Source: Candidatus Yanofskybacteria bacterium
GTDB lineage: Bacteria; Patescibacteriota; Minisyncoccia; 2-02-FULL-40-12; GWA2-44-9
DNA length: 64,000 nt
Assembly (NCBI GenBank): GCA_020847715.1
Contig: JADLBM010000021.1
Coordinates: 800-64,799 of the forward strand
Direction of reading: 5' to 3'
The first letter of the stretch is position 1. Each line of letters begins with the position of its first letter. Shown here in pieces: positions 29,083 to 39,604 of the stretch. The notes beneath the pieces were generated by a model. The model did no database searches and was not told where the DNA came from. It worked only from the letters and a program-made list of their open reading frames with translations. A program made the position numbers and the translations under genes.

Positions 29083-29132
29083 TACCCGTGAAGGGCGTAC
29101 ACTGAAGAGGTACTATCTATACCACTCACACG

Positions 29133-29519
29133 ATGAACGGATACACAACAAACATCGAACAGGCGACGATCGAGAACACAAACTTCAGGAAGGTATTGTA
29201 CACGGGCAAGAACTCACAGCTGGTACTGATGTCGATTCCGCCCGGTGAAGAGATTGGGGAAGAGACGCATCACCTCGACCAGTTCCTGCGACTCGAGCAA
29301 GGCACAGCGAAAGCCATCCTCGACGGCGTCGAACACAATATCGAAGACGCGTGGGCCGTTGTTGTGCCTGCAGGCACGAAGCACAACTTCATCAACACGG
29401 GAGATGTGGACCTGAAACTCTACAGCATCTACTCCCCGCCCGAACATAAAGACGGCACCGTGCATCCCACGAAGGCCGATGTGGTCGAGGAGCACTTCGA
29501 CGGCGTGACAACTGAGTAA
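29133..29519 (+). CDS. cupin domain protein
   Basis: EETHHLDQF...GTAKAILDGVEH...VVVPAGTKHNFINTG cupin motifs 1 and 2. Confidence 0.7.
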   Translation: MNGYTTNIEQATIENTNFRKVLYTGKNSQLVLMSIPPGEEIGEETHHLDQFLRLEQGTAKAILDGVEHNIEDAWAVVVPAGTKHNFINTGDVDLKLYSIYSPPEHKDGTVHPTKADVVEEHFDGVTTE

Positions 29520-29523
29520 GGCC

Positions 29524-29560
29524 AGCCATCAATACACCCCCAGAATGGGGGTGTATTGAT
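29524..29560 (+). terminator. 16-bp perfect hairpin CCATCAATACACCCCC-AGAAT-GGGGGTGTATTGATGG
   Basis: immediately after cupin stop; no clear U-run. Confidence 0.5.
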
Positions 29561-29756
29561 GGCTCGAGCAATGCCCGCATAAGCAACTCAGCATTGTATG
29601 CGAGTGGGTGACCGCACCCCCGACACAGCAAGGCATCGGGGCTGATATGAGTCTCCCTGAGTCAATGAGTTGTCCTAAGGCTTATGCAGATACTGACTCG
29701 AGCTACTCCAATTGTACTCCCCGCATATCGCCCCGCAAGCAATGACCAGAACCGCG

Positions 29757-30245
29757 TTAGTTGAGCTCGTCCGCGGCGTAGAAGTAGTCCGCATCCGGAC
29801 GCTCCCACGAGATGATCTCCGCAGATTTGAAGAAGATTGCCAACTCCCGCTTTGCCGCCTTCGCATCCGACGATGAATGCACAACGGTGGTCGAGCGAGA
29901 CATGCTGTAATCTCCACGAATTGTGCCCGCCGGAGCATTCTTCCCATCCGTAGGACCACACATGGCACGCACCACACGCGCCGCCTCAAGTCCCTCAAGC
30001 GCCAGCGCAACGACCGGAAGCTTCCGCATGAACGCTTTGAGCTTCGGCAAGAACGGCTTCCCCTTGTGCTCTGCGTAGTGCCGATCCAAAATAGCGTCCG
30101 ACAGCTTCATGAACTTCATACCGACAAGCTTGATTCCCTTCTGCTCAAAGCGGTCGATAATCTCCCCGACGATACCGCGCTGAACAGCGTCAGGCTTCAG
30201 GAGCACCAGAGTTCGTTCCTTCGGATTCGGTTTACTCGTAGTCAT
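29757..30245 (-). CDS. ndk: nucleoside diphosphate kinase
   Basis: ERTLVLLKPDAVQRGIVGEIIDRFEQKGIKLVGMKF. Confidence 0.88.
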   Translation of the reverse strand: MTTSKPNPKERTLVLLKPDAVQRGIVGEIIDRFEQKGIKLVGMKFMKLSDAILDRHYAEHKGKPFLPKLKAFMRKLPVVALALEGLEAARVVRAMCGPTDGKNAPAGTIRGDYSMSRSTTVVHSSSDAKAAKRELAIFFKSAEIISWERPDADYFYAADELN

Positions 30246-30256
30246 AGAAAGACGGC

Positions 30257-31798
30257 TCACGCCGTTGATGATGGTACGCGCCTACGATACACGGCCACGA
30301 GCCCTACGGCAAGGCTTGCATACAGGGCCCCCGCGAGCGTCGCACTGATGTGGACCTCGAGCGCCGCATACGGCAACGCCGAGAACCACCGGATGACGGA
30401 AAGCTGGTACGCCGCGACCAGCCACGCACTCTGCCCAATGAGCTGTCCTGCCACCGGAACGAGCAGACCCGTTACTGCCGTCGCGAGTCCGAGCGCCATG
30501 GCGAGCGGAACGAGCGGGAGGACGAGAATGTTCGCCGGAAGGGTATACACCGCGAGCGTTCCAAAATCGTACAAGAGGAGTGGTAGCACCATCACCTGTG
30601 CCGCGGTCGTCGTCGCAATGAGGGCGGCGAGCGGCTCCCACCGAACAACGCGGACAATGCATGGACGAACGAGCGGCTCGACATACACAATGCCGAGGAC
30701 CGCGAGAAATGAAAGTTGGAACCCGACATCCCACCGCAAGAGCATCGGATTCACGGCACACATCACCGCCGCAGACGCGATGAGCGCGCTCCCTGCAGAT
30801 TGGGCGCGCCCGACCTGCTGAGCGCTCAGTGCGAGGAGTCCCATAATGGCCGCGCGTACGACTGACGCACCCGCACCGACGAGCACTACGAAAACTCCAA
30901 TACCGAAGACCGCACCAAGGTACGCCCTACGCCGACCAAGCGGGCGCAACATCCGAACAACAATGGCGGCAATGATGGTGATGTTGTAGCCCGAAATGGC
31001 AAGAATGTGGCTTGTCCCCGTGCGAGCGAACGCATCCTTCAGGTCCTGCGCTACAAGACCCTTCGCGCCCACGAGGATACCCGCAAGATATGATGCCATT
31101 GGCTGTGGCACCGCTCGTCCGATGCTTTCAGCAATGCGCGCACGCACCGCCGCGAGAGCCTGCTCGACACCCACTCGCCATCGGAACGACCGCGACAGCG
31201 CACCATCGTCGGGAGCGCCGTACTCCGGATAGTACATCCGCGCATGAACCCCCTCTTTTGCCAAATACGCGACATAGTCGAACTCATCACCGATATTCAT
31301 CGGACGCTGGAGCGTCCCAGATATCGAGAATATCTGCCCCTGTCGTGGGCGTATCCATTCCGGTCCGAGCACGAGCACACGGTCATCGACACGAACTCGT
31401 CCGGTATCGCCCTCCACAGTAAACACTCGGAAGAAATATCGGCCTCCATTCGCGGTCGGTTCGAAATCCGTCGTGGCATATCCGGTCAGCGTCACCTTTG
31501 GTTTGTCACCAGCGAGATCCCACAGCACCGACGGCTTCGCGAGAACGGTGGATGCCCGCCACATGCCCAGCGCACCGCCAAGGATAAGCGCCCCGAACAG
31601 GACGCACCGCGGCTTCCGAATGCCGATGCACACCGCGCCAATGAGCAGGAGAAGCCACCCCCACATCGGACCAATCACAGCATATGAAGCGAGCGCAATG
31701 CCGCCGATAAACCCACCGAGAACAGCCACAACATAGCTTGACCGATGCACATTCGGCCTCCTAGCTTCAGCACTTCCTCGTTCAACACTCGATTGCAT
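30257..31798 (-). CDS. comEC: ComEC/Rec2 family DNA-uptake channel protein (no beta-lactamase domain)
   Basis: N-terminal DUF4131-like OB region then competence-domain TGTSHILAISGYNITIIAAIV and multiple TM. Confidence 0.7.
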   Translation of the reverse strand: MQSSVERGSAEARRPNVHRSSYVVAVLGGFIGGIALASYAVIGPMWGWLLLLIGAVCIGIRKPRCVLFGALILGGALGMWRASTVLAKPSVLWDLAGDKPKVTLTGYATTDFEPTANGGRYFFRVFTVEGDTGRVRVDDRVLVLGPEWIRPRQGQIFSISGTLQRPMNIGDEFDYVAYLAKEGVHARMYYPEYGAPDDGALSRSFRWRVGVEQALAAVRARIAESIGRAVPQPMASYLAGILVGAKGLVAQDLKDAFARTGTSHILAISGYNITIIAAIVVRMLRPLGRRRAYLGAVFGIGVFVVLVGAGASVVRAAIMGLLALSAQQVGRAQSAGSALIASAAVMCAVNPMLLRWDVGFQLSFLAVLGIVYVEPLVRPCIVRVVRWEPLAALIATTTAAQVMVLPLLLYDFGTLAVYTLPANILVLPLVPLAMALGLATAVTGLLVPVAGQLIGQSAWLVAAYQLSVIRWFSALPYAALEVHISATLAGALYASLAVGLVAVYRRRVPSSTA

Positions 31799-31844
31799 GC
31801 GCGCACCCTAGCGCGTCGCAGTCGGCTGCGCAAATAAAAAGGCC

Positions 31845-32228
31845 TCACGAGGAGGCCGGTGCCGAACGGAAATAGATGTAGCACGCCCACAGGCTATGGA
31901 CGAGAAAGAGCACTCCGGCAACTGGCACGAACTGCCCAGCCGACACAGCGACATCCCAACTGATAACACCGAAGACCGTGCTCCCAATCGCAACAATCAG
32001 GAACCATATCCGCGGCAGGCACGATGGACCGACAACGAGACCCCAGAGCCCCAGAACACCGAACAGAATGCCAATGACGAGGCCCGTAACCACGGACCCG
32101 CCGTCTGGGGCGCCGTTCCACACATACCGCATCTGAAACGATGCGGCGAGAAAGAGCACGGGAGTCACGAGTGTGAGGAAACCGAAGAACATGACACGCA
32201 CAACTGCGCCAATCACATCCCGCATCAT
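31845..32228 (-). CDS. hypothetical membrane protein (4 TM)
   Basis: GGAGGTG 4 nt before ATGATG; hydrophobic profile. Confidence 0.45.
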   Translation of the reverse strand: MMRDVIGAVVRVMFFGFLTLVTPVLFLAASFQMRYVWNGAPDGGSVVTGLVIGILFGVLGLWGLVVGPSCLPRIWFLIVAIGSTVFGVISWDVAVSAGQFVPVAGVLFLVHSLWACYIYFRSAPASS

Positions 32229-32314
32229 GCGGCACCTCCGTACCGACTGTGCCATTTCCAAACAAAAACGCAACAGAAGACCGCCTCTTCGGCGGTCTTC
32301 CCTACATCAGGAAC

Positions 32315-35161
32315 CTAGTTACACACTCCTGTCGTCGCGAAGCAATTAGGACACGAGTAGCACGACCCGGCCTTGAACATGAGCGTACCGCACTGACAGA
32401 CCGGCGCGTCAGCATTCGTTGCCGTCAGCGCGGCTGGGCGCATCGCGGCTCCAACGGCTGCAGGAGCGGTAAACTCCTGCCCGGTCGCTTGTGGCCGAGC
32501 GAATGACACGACCTCCACCTGCGGCGCAAGTGCTGCATCATCATGAGCCGGCCCAAATAATTCTTCGCGATCCTCACGATCGAGGAAGCGCATCCCGAGG
32601 TAGCGGAACACATAGTCGGTAATGCTCTTCGCAACCGGCACATCCGGCGTGTTCGTGAAGCCGGCAGGTGCGAAACTCGTATCCTTAAACTTTCGCACCA
32701 GCGTTTTCAGTGGCATCCCCGATTGCAGACACATGCTCACCAGCGTTGCAATGGTATCGAGTAAACCGCTAATGGTACTTCCCTCCTTCGCCGCGATGAG
32801 GAACAGTTCGCCAGGCTTCTTGGTGTCCGGGTAGAGACCAACAGTCATGTACCCTTCGTACCCGCCGACGGAAAACTTGTGCGTGAGTGCCGGACGCTCA
32901 TCAGGAAGATGGATGCGAGTGTAGCCGTTCACCTTCTCCACAAGACTCTGATCCGATGCCGCACCCGCTTCGGTCTTCTCGTCTTTCTTTGTATTGAGCG
33001 GCTGAACACCCTTCGAGCCGTCGCGGTAGATTGCAACCGCTTTCAGTCCGAGCTTCCATCCCTGCATGTACGCATCGTACACATCCTCAACGGTCGCGTC
33101 GTGCGGCATGTTAATGGTCTTCGAGATGGCTCCGGAAATAAACGGCTGAGCCGCACTCATCATGCGCAGGTGCCCCATGTGACTAATGCTCCGCGAGCCG
33201 TTCGCCGGCTTGAACGAACAATCGAAGACCGGAAGATGCTCGTCCTTCAGGAACGGCGCGCCTTCGATGGTTTCGCGCTCCATCAGGTGATCGGTAATGG
33301 CTCCAACCTCCTGTTCGGTGTAACCGAGATTGGCGAGCGCTTGCGGTACCTGGGTATTTACCAACTTCAGCACGCCGCCACCAACAAGTTTCTTGTATTT
33401 GATAAGCGCAAGTTCGGGTTCAATGCCGGTCGTCGCGCAGTCCATCATGAATGCGATGGTGCCTGTCGGCGCAAGTACCGACACCTGTGAATTGCGGACA
33501 CCGTACTCGCGGGCAAGCTCCAGCGCCTCATGCCACACCACACGGGATGCGGCCTGCAATCCACGATCGCCGACACCCGCCTGCACGGCTCGCTCGTAGA
33601 GTGCGTCCGCATGCGAGCGGTGCATGTCGATGACCTTCAACTGCGGCTCTGTATTCGCCGCGTACCCGGCATAGGGGCCCTTCACATCAGCAATCTGCGC
33701 GCTCATGCGATACGCCTGACCGCTCATCAGCGATGTAATCTGCCCCGCCATGAGCTGGCCCTGCTCGCTGTCATAGGGCAACCCCATCGCCATGAGGAGC
33801 GCGCCCAGATTGGCATACCCAAGACCAAGCTCGCGGAAGTCGTTGGCGTTCTTCGCAATCTTTTCCGTCGGGTAACTGGAGTATCCCACGATAATCTCCT
33901 GCCCGAGAATCATGGTGTCCACCGCATGACGGAACAGGTGCGTATCGAAGGTGCCGTCTGAACGCAGGAATTTAAGCACATTCAACGAAGCGAGGTTGCA
34001 CGCGCTGTTGTCGAGGTGCATGTACTCCGAGCACGGGTTCGATGCGTTGATACGGCCCGTGTTCGCAGCGGTATTCCATGCGTTGATAGTCGTGTCGTAC
34101 TGCATCCCCGGATCAGCGGAGTGCCATGCGGCATCAGCGATCCACTGCATGACCTCCCGCGCCCGGACGCGCTCAAGCGTTTTTCCGGTCGTGACCGCCT
34201 TGAACTCCCACATCTCATCGTTCTCGACGGCGCGCATGAACTCGTCCGTAACCCGCACAGAGTTGTTCGCGTTCTGGTACGGCAACAGGGTGTACGGGGA
34301 GAAAAGGTCGCCATCGAGGGAGTTCGCGATGCCGCTTGCAACCAGCGCCTTGCTGTACTCCTCAATAACACGCTTGCTCTCGATGAAGTCCTTGAGATCC
34401 GGATGGTCGACATTCATCACCACCATCTTTGCGGCGCGCCGTGTCGTCCCGCCGGAACGGATGGTGTTCGCCACGCCGTCGGCCCCCTTCATGAATGACA
34501 CCGGACCGGAACTGAACCCGCCCTTCGAAAGCGGCTCCTTACTCGACCGAAGATGAGAGACATTCACGCCAGCACCGGAGCCACCCTTGAAGATGATGCC
34601 CTCATCGCGGTACCACTCGAGGATGCTCTGCATCGTGTCATCAACGGATAAGATGAAACACGCGGAGCACTGCGGCTTGTCGTAGACTCCGACGTTGAAC
34701 CAGACGGGCGAATTGAAGGACACATGCTGATTCACCAGAAGCCATGTGAGGTCTTCGGTGTACCGTTCCGCATCATCAGGAGAAGCGAAGTAGCCTCCCT
34801 TCACGCCCCAGAAACCGATGGTCTTCGCAACGCGATCGATCATTTGCCGAACGCTCGATTCGCGCTCGGGAGTACCGAGCTGTCCGCGAAAGTATTTACT
34901 TGCGACGATGTCGGTCGCGGTCTGACTCCAGAACGCCGGAGACTCGATTCCCAGCTGCTCGAACACCGCCGTGCCGTCAGACTTCGTAATGCGTGCGTCG
35001 CGACGCTCCCATTGAATCTCTTCATACGGGTGCACGCCGGTACCGAACCGGCGCTCCCACGTGAACCCGGTCGTGGCACCGGAGCGTTCGGGAGTCTGCT
35101 CCCGATTCCGATCATTGGTACGCGAACGCACTGACCTGACTGACGGCGGTGTGATATCCAT
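32315..35161 (-). CDS. nrdJ: ribonucleotide reductase class II (adenosylcobalamin-dependent), with C-terminal zinc ribbon
   Basis: SACFILSVDDTMQSILEWYRDEGIIFKGGSGAGVNVSHLR, NPCSEYMHLDNSACNL, C-terminal CQCG...CYSCPNC. Confidence 0.88.
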   Translation of the reverse strand: MDITPPSVRSVRSRTNDRNREQTPERSGATTGFTWERRFGTGVHPYEEIQWERRDARITKSDGTAVFEQLGIESPAFWSQTATDIVASKYFRGQLGTPERESSVRQMIDRVAKTIGFWGVKGGYFASPDDAERYTEDLTWLLVNQHVSFNSPVWFNVGVYDKPQCSACFILSVDDTMQSILEWYRDEGIIFKGGSGAGVNVSHLRSSKEPLSKGGFSSGPVSFMKGADGVANTIRSGGTTRRAAKMVVMNVDHPDLKDFIESKRVIEEYSKALVASGIANSLDGDLFSPYTLLPYQNANNSVRVTDEFMRAVENDEMWEFKAVTTGKTLERVRAREVMQWIADAAWHSADPGMQYDTTINAWNTAANTGRINASNPCSEYMHLDNSACNLASLNVLKFLRSDGTFDTHLFRHAVDTMILGQEIIVGYSSYPTEKIAKNANDFRELGLGYANLGALLMAMGLPYDSEQGQLMAGQITSLMSGQAYRMSAQIADVKGPYAGYAANTEPQLKVIDMHRSHADALYERAVQAGVGDRGLQAASRVVWHEALELAREYGVRNSQVSVLAPTGTIAFMMDCATTGIEPELALIKYKKLVGGGVLKLVNTQVPQALANLGYTEQEVGAITDHLMERETIEGAPFLKDEHLPVFDCSFKPANGSRSISHMGHLRMMSAAQPFISGAISKTINMPHDATVEDVYDAYMQGWKLGLKAVAIYRDGSKGVQPLNTKKDEKTEAGAASDQSLVEKVNGYTRIHLPDERPALTHKFSVGGYEGYMTVGLYPDTKKPGELFLIAAKEGSTISGLLDTIATLVSMCLQSGMPLKTLVRKFKDTSFAPAGFTNTPDVPVAKSITDYVFRYLGMRFLDREDREELFGPAHDDAALAPQVEVVSFARPQATGQEFTAPAAVGAAMRPAALTATNADAPVCQCGTLMFKAGSCYSCPNCFATTGVCN

Positions 35162-35202
35162 GCGGCGGTGGATCGAACACCTCACGGGGACCAGCGACCA
35201 CA

Positions 35203-35262
35203 CCCAAGGGTGTGGTCGAACCGCGAGGACGTTCTGTGAAGGTCCTTCCTACAGGAAGGTTT
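35203..35262 (-). promoter_or_regulatory. nrdJ 5' region: palindrome CCACACCCAAGGGTGTGG plus nested hairpin GGAGGTCCAAACCTTCCTGTAGGAAGGACCTTC
   Basis: 42-100 nt upstream of nrdJ ATG; candidate operator / RNA structure. Confidence 0.3.
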
Positions 35263-35374
35263 GGACCTCCATTGTAGGCCCTTCCGACAACCAGGCAAAT
35301 GTGGATAATTTTGTGCCAATTTTCCCGTACAAAAGACGCTATTTGACATTCGCCATAAATGTGTGGTATACAAC

Positions 35375-35617
35375 ATGAACTCGGAGGTGCCCGTGAAGGT
35401 AAAGATCTTTTCAACCCGCAAAGATCGAGAAACACTCAACGAGGCAGTAATGGACCTCGAATCACAGCTCGACTACTGGGAGAGCAAGCGCGAGGAGGAT
35501 GGCTTCCCAATCCGAATCACTGGAGCAAGCACTTCGATTGCCTACCATCCGATAAGCCTCAACCATCCCCGAGCGCACGTCATGGCGACCCTCACCGTCA
35601 CGTACGAGCTCAAGTAG
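35375..35617 (+). CDS. hypothetical small protein (73-81 aa)
   Basis: TGTGGTATACAAC -10-like motif then GGAGG; alternative GTG start at 35393; followed by terminator. Confidence 0.4.
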   Translation: MNSEVPVKVKIFSTRKDRETLNEAVMDLESQLDYWESKREEDGFPIRITGASTSIAYHPISLNHPRAHVMATLTVTYELK

Positions 35618-35619
35618 CC

Positions 35620-35660
35620 AGCACCCCGCACTCACCAGAGCGCGGGGGCTTTTTCAAATA
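35620..35660. terminator. terminator CCCCGC...GCGGGGGC-TTTTTC between the small ORF and ftsZ
   Basis: direct reading. Confidence 0.55.
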
Positions 35661-35678
35661 GGAACTCCCTGCAACCGC

Positions 35679-36878
35679 TTATTTCATCTTCCGCCGGATG
35701 AAGGCGGGAATGTCGAGATCGTAGTCTTCGGCAACGGACGGATCGGTGATGGTCTCCCGCGTCATCACGGGTGCGGCCTGCTGTGGCGCCGGATATGCGG
35801 GCTGTTCCGGGCGATGCGTTGGCTCCTGCCGTACCGATTCACCTCCAAAGAAACTCATGTCCGCAGCGGATGCTCGGGGCGATTGGTTCACCAGCGACGG
35901 ACGCGCAGGCTGGAATCCGCCCGAGAACCCGGTGGCGATGACTGTCACCTTGACCTCGCCTTTTTTGAGCTCGCCTTCGACATCGTAGCCGAGCCCGAAA
36001 ATGATGTTCGCATCGCGATCCACGTGTTGCGTGATGATACTGGCAGCCTCTGCGACTTCCGCCATGGCCAAGTCTTCACCGCCACGCATGTTCAGGAGAA
36101 CACCTTTGGCCCCCTCGATGGACACATCGAGGAGCGGCGAATTGATGGCAAGCTTGGCGGCCTCAATGGCACGGTCGTCACCGGCGGCGACACCGATACC
36201 CATCAGCGCCGAACCGGAGTTCGCCATAACCTTCTTCACATCATTGAAATCTGCGTTGATGAGGTCGTGCCGCGTGATGAGGTCGGAAACCCCCTGCACG
36301 CCCTGCCGGAGCACATCGTCGACGATTTGGAACGCCTCGCGAGCGGGAGTCTTCCGATCGATGATGCTCAGGATGCGGTCGTTCGGAATAACGATAATGG
36401 AATCAACCTTCTCGCGGAGCGTGGTGAGCCCCTCTTCGGCAATGCGCATACGAGCGTTGCCCTCGAACATGAACGGCTTCGTCACCACCGCGACCGTCAG
36501 CGCACCCATCTCGCGAGCGATGTCTGCGATGACTGGAGCGGCGCCGGTGCCGGTGCCGCCGCCAAGCCCACAGGCCACGAAGACCATATCCGCGCCGCGC
36601 AACGCGGCTTGGATCTCTTCTTTCGTATCAACCGCCGCTTGGCGACCGATTTCAGGATTCATACCGGCACCCAATCCCCGCGTGAGAGACTTCCCGACAT
36701 GCACCTTGATTGCCGCAGGGCTGTTGTGGAGCGCCTGCGCATCGGTATTCACCGCAATGAACTCGACGCCGTGGATGCGAGACTCGATCATGCGCGAGAG
36801 CGCATTGCATCCGGAACCGCCGACACCAACGACCTTCAACCGCGCGAACGTTTCAAATTGTGGTTTTACCTGTGGCAT
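35679..36878 (-). CDS. ftsZ: cell division GTPase FtsZ
   Basis: VVGVGGSGCNALSRMI...GLGGGTGTGAAPVIA tubulin signature. Confidence 0.95.
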   Translation of the reverse strand: MPQVKPQFETFARLKVVGVGGSGCNALSRMIESRIHGVEFIAVNTDAQALHNSPAAIKVHVGKSLTRGLGAGMNPEIGRQAAVDTKEEIQAALRGADMVFVACGLGGGTGTGAAPVIADIAREMGALTVAVVTKPFMFEGNARMRIAEEGLTTLREKVDSIIVIPNDRILSIIDRKTPAREAFQIVDDVLRQGVQGVSDLITRHDLINADFNDVKKVMANSGSALMGIGVAAGDDRAIEAAKLAINSPLLDVSIEGAKGVLLNMRGGEDLAMAEVAEAASIITQHVDRDANIIFGLGYDVEGELKKGEVKVTVIATGFSGGFQPARPSLVNQSPRASAADMSFFGGESVRQEPTHRPEQPAYPAPQQAAPVMTRETITDPSVAEDYDLDIPAFIRRKMK

Positions 36879-36960
36879 GTGCGTCTTGGTCCTATCACAA
36901 ATGAAAAAGGGGCGCAAACAGCGCTCCCTCCCCTGTGTACAACCCTGTTGATAAGTTACC

Positions 36961-38202
36961 CTACGGCAAGAAGTTCTTCAACCATGCCACGGCTTCCTTT
37001 ACCCAGCCGCCAACCGCCGACGATTCGGTGGGACGGTACCCCTCACCGACCTCGCGCGCGAACCCCCACGCCACCAACCCGACCGCAACAGCAAACGACG
37101 GGTCCATTGCGGCATCAAACGCCTCAACTCCCACGGGCTTGGCGATTCGCACCGGAAGACTCAGGGTATCGCGCACCAACGCGGCGAATCCGGGAAGCTT
37201 CGAGCCGCCACCGGATACGACGATGCCCGCAGGAAGGAGGCCGTCCTTTCCGGCCTTCTTGAGCTCATCCTGAACCATATCCAGCAACTCTCGCGTTCTC
37301 GCTTCGATTGCTCCCATGAGGTCTCTCCGCTGCACCGTGAAGGGCTCCTCCATGTAGGCACTGAGGTCAACGAGCTCCGGCTTCTTCCGGCGATCCCACC
37401 GCTCATTGACGATGCCAAGCTGGAGCTTAATCTGCTCCGCCGTTTCAAGCGAGGTCTTCAGGAGAATCGCGAGGTCGTTGGTGATGTGCCGACTCCCCAC
37501 GCGCATGATGGCGCTGTGCACCATGTCCGCTTGGTCCCACACCGTCAACGACGCAGTGCCACCTCCGAAATCAAGGTGTGCAACGCCGAACTCTTTCTGG
37601 TGCTTATCGAGAACCGACATCGACGCGGCCAGCGGAGCGAACACGTACCCTGCGACCTCGACTCCGCACTCATTTGCGCACTTTGCGATATTCTTCAGGT
37701 GACGCGAAAGGCCATGCACGATGAGCACATCGGCTTCCAGTCGTACGCCCTTCATGCCGAGCGGGTCGCGAACGTGTTCCGTTCCGTCGATGATGAACTC
37801 CCGCGGGATAACATGAATAATCTCTCGGTTCGGTGGCAACGACACCACCTGTGCGGTTGAGATAACGCGCTCGATGTCGCCGGCCGTAATTTCCCCGTCG
37901 GCGCGACCGACTGCAATCGTCCCCTTCGATACCTGCGTCCCGATGTGAAGCCCATTGACCGCAAGGTATGCACGGCGCACAGGAACGCCCGCCATGGCCG
38001 ACGCATGCTGGATTGCCAATCGCGTCGCATCCGTAGCTTCCTTCATATCGACTACCTCTCCCGCCCGAAGTGCGGATGTTGAGGCAACCGAACCGACGCC
38101 AACGACTTCTGGTTGCGTCGCCCCCGGTTCGACTCGAGCGATGACCGCCTTGATGGCGGTGTTGCCGATATCGATACCGCAGATGGTGTAGGGGTGGGAC
38201 AC
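36961..38202 (-). CDS. ftsA: cell division protein FtsA
   Basis: ICGIDIGNTAIKAVIA actin-like fold, position upstream of ftsZ. Confidence 0.9.
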   Translation of the reverse strand: MSHPYTICGIDIGNTAIKAVIARVEPGATQPEVVGVGSVASTSALRAGEVVDMKEATDATRLAIQHASAMAGVPVRRAYLAVNGLHIGTQVSKGTIAVGRADGEITAGDIERVISTAQVVSLPPNREIIHVIPREFIIDGTEHVRDPLGMKGVRLEADVLIVHGLSRHLKNIAKCANECGVEVAGYVFAPLAASMSVLDKHQKEFGVAHLDFGGGTASLTVWDQADMVHSAIMRVGSRHITNDLAILLKTSLETAEQIKLQLGIVNERWDRRKKPELVDLSAYMEEPFTVQRRDLMGAIEARTRELLDMVQDELKKAGKDGLLPAGIVVSGGGSKLPGFAALVRDTLSLPVRIAKPVGVEAFDAAMDPSFAVAVGLVAWGFAREVGEGYRPTESSAVGGWVKEAVAWLKNFLP

Positions 38203-38217
38203 AGGAATAACGGATAC

Positions 38218-38673
38218 CTAGGATTGAACGTCGAGGCTATTGAGGATTTGCTGCTCGAGGGAGAACATTCTTCTCGCCGCCGCAGCGCTCTTCTCGTGGT
38301 CATGCCCCGCCAGATGAAGGAGGCCGTGAATGGCGGTCCACTCCATCTGATGCCGCACTGACCTTCCCGACGCCTTCGCATGGACGCGCACAATGTCGGG
38401 ACACACGAAAAGATCACCTAATAATAGTGCAGTATAGCCTGAAATGGGCTTCATGTGGAGTGGAAAAGACAGCACGTCGGTCGGCGCGTCTACGCCACGA
38501 CGCGTCCGATTCAGTTTCCGCATGGCACGCGGCCCGATAAGCGTAATGCCAACTTCTGCACGATGCCTCTTGGGAATCTTCAGGTGCGGCTCTGCGCTCG
38601 CAGCGACGCGCGAAAAGAACGCACGACCGAACGTGCGGAGCGTGGTGCGATTGTGAAGCACCAGGTCAATCAT
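38218..38673 (-). CDS. ybeY: rRNA maturation endoribonuclease YbeY
   Basis: HGLLHLAGHDH zinc motif. Confidence 0.85.
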   Translation of the reverse strand: MIDLVLHNRTTLRTFGRAFFSRVAASAEPHLKIPKRHRAEVGITLIGPRAMRKLNRTRRGVDAPTDVLSFPLHMKPISGYTALLLGDLFVCPDIVRVHAKASGRSVRHQMEWTAIHGLLHLAGHDHEKSAAAARRMFSLEQQILNSLDVQS

Positions 38674-38677
38674 CGGG

Positions 38678-39172
38678 CTACCCCAACATCTCCTTTACGA
38701 GTTGATTCACCTTGCCGCCATCGAACCGACCCTTGGTCTTTGGCGTGACTGCGCCCATAACGCGACCCATATCGCTCGCGCCAGAAGCGCCAGTCGTAGC
38801 AATCGCCTCGGTGATGAGTGCGCGTACGGCCTCCTCGGTAAGCTGCTCTGGGAGATATTTTGCCAGCACCGCCGCTTCAGCCGACTCACCCGCAGCAAGT
38901 TCGGGGCGGCCCGCCGCTTCATACTGAGCAACGGCATCACGGCGCTTTTTGAGCTCGCTCGTAATGGCCTCAAGCGTTTCCTCGTCAGTGAGAACCGACT
39001 TCTCCGCGACATCAGCCTCGGTCGTCGCGCCGGCCTTCATTAGCTTTGCTCGCTTGTCCAGCTCGCGATTCTGGATCGTCGACAGCAGCATCGAAAGCGT
39101 GCTCCGCGCGACCGAATCTCCCGCCTTGAACGCCGTCTTCATATCGTCCTTGATCGTTTCTTTGAGTGACAT
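38678..39172 (-). CDS. yqeY: GatB/YqeY domain protein
   Basis: MSLKETIKDDMKTAFKAGD...GRVMGAVTPKTKGRFDGGKVNQLVKEML. Confidence 0.8.
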   Translation of the reverse strand: MSLKETIKDDMKTAFKAGDSVARSTLSMLLSTIQNRELDKRAKLMKAGATTEADVAEKSVLTDEETLEAITSELKKRRDAVAQYEAAGRPELAAGESAEAAVLAKYLPEQLTEEAVRALITEAIATTGASGASDMGRVMGAVTPKTKGRFDGGKVNQLVKEMLG

Positions 39173-39255
39173 CTTCGGATTGAGGAGCGAATCGCGAGTA
39201 GCGAGAAGAAGTTCTGCTTCTCGCTACTGACTATCCGCTCATCGCTATTCACTGA

Positions 39256-39522
39256 TTACAGTTCGATTTCCTGCTTCAACCGGCGCTTGGCTTCATCGAA
39301 GGCATCCTCGTTATACTTGCCGAGCTTCTCGAGGTTCTGGCGCAACTTGCGCAGGTGCATGCCCATGATGGCTTTGTTCTTTTCCTGTCGCTCCGTGAGC
39401 TTCTTCGGGCGATACTTCAAGCTCTTCTTACGAATGAGCACACCCGACTGCTGTACGAAACGCGAAAATCGGCGCAGGAGGCTGCCCATTGATTCGTTCG
39501 GCTTTCGTTTTACTTCTACCAT
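39256..39522 (-). CDS. rpsU: 30S ribosomal protein S21
   Basis: MVEVKRKPNESMGSLLRRFSRFVQQSGVL; AAAGGAGG SD; listed ORF over-extended. Confidence 0.88.
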   Translation of the reverse strand: MVEVKRKPNESMGSLLRRFSRFVQQSGVLIRKKSLKYRPKKLTERQEKNKAIMGMHLRKLRQNLEKLGKYNEDAFDEAKRRLKQEIEL

Positions 39523-39604
39523 GTCATACCTCCTTTCATGTGCTAAGCGAATAGTGCCTAGCGAGCAACGAACGGTACCGGCTCCATTCGCTCCTCGCTC
39601 TTTG

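Noticed and set aside
35290-35320. TGGCAC...TTGC sigma54-like sequence upstream of nrdJ
   Set aside because: GG to GC spacing is about 15 nt rather than the required 10, and no -12 TTGC at the correct distance.
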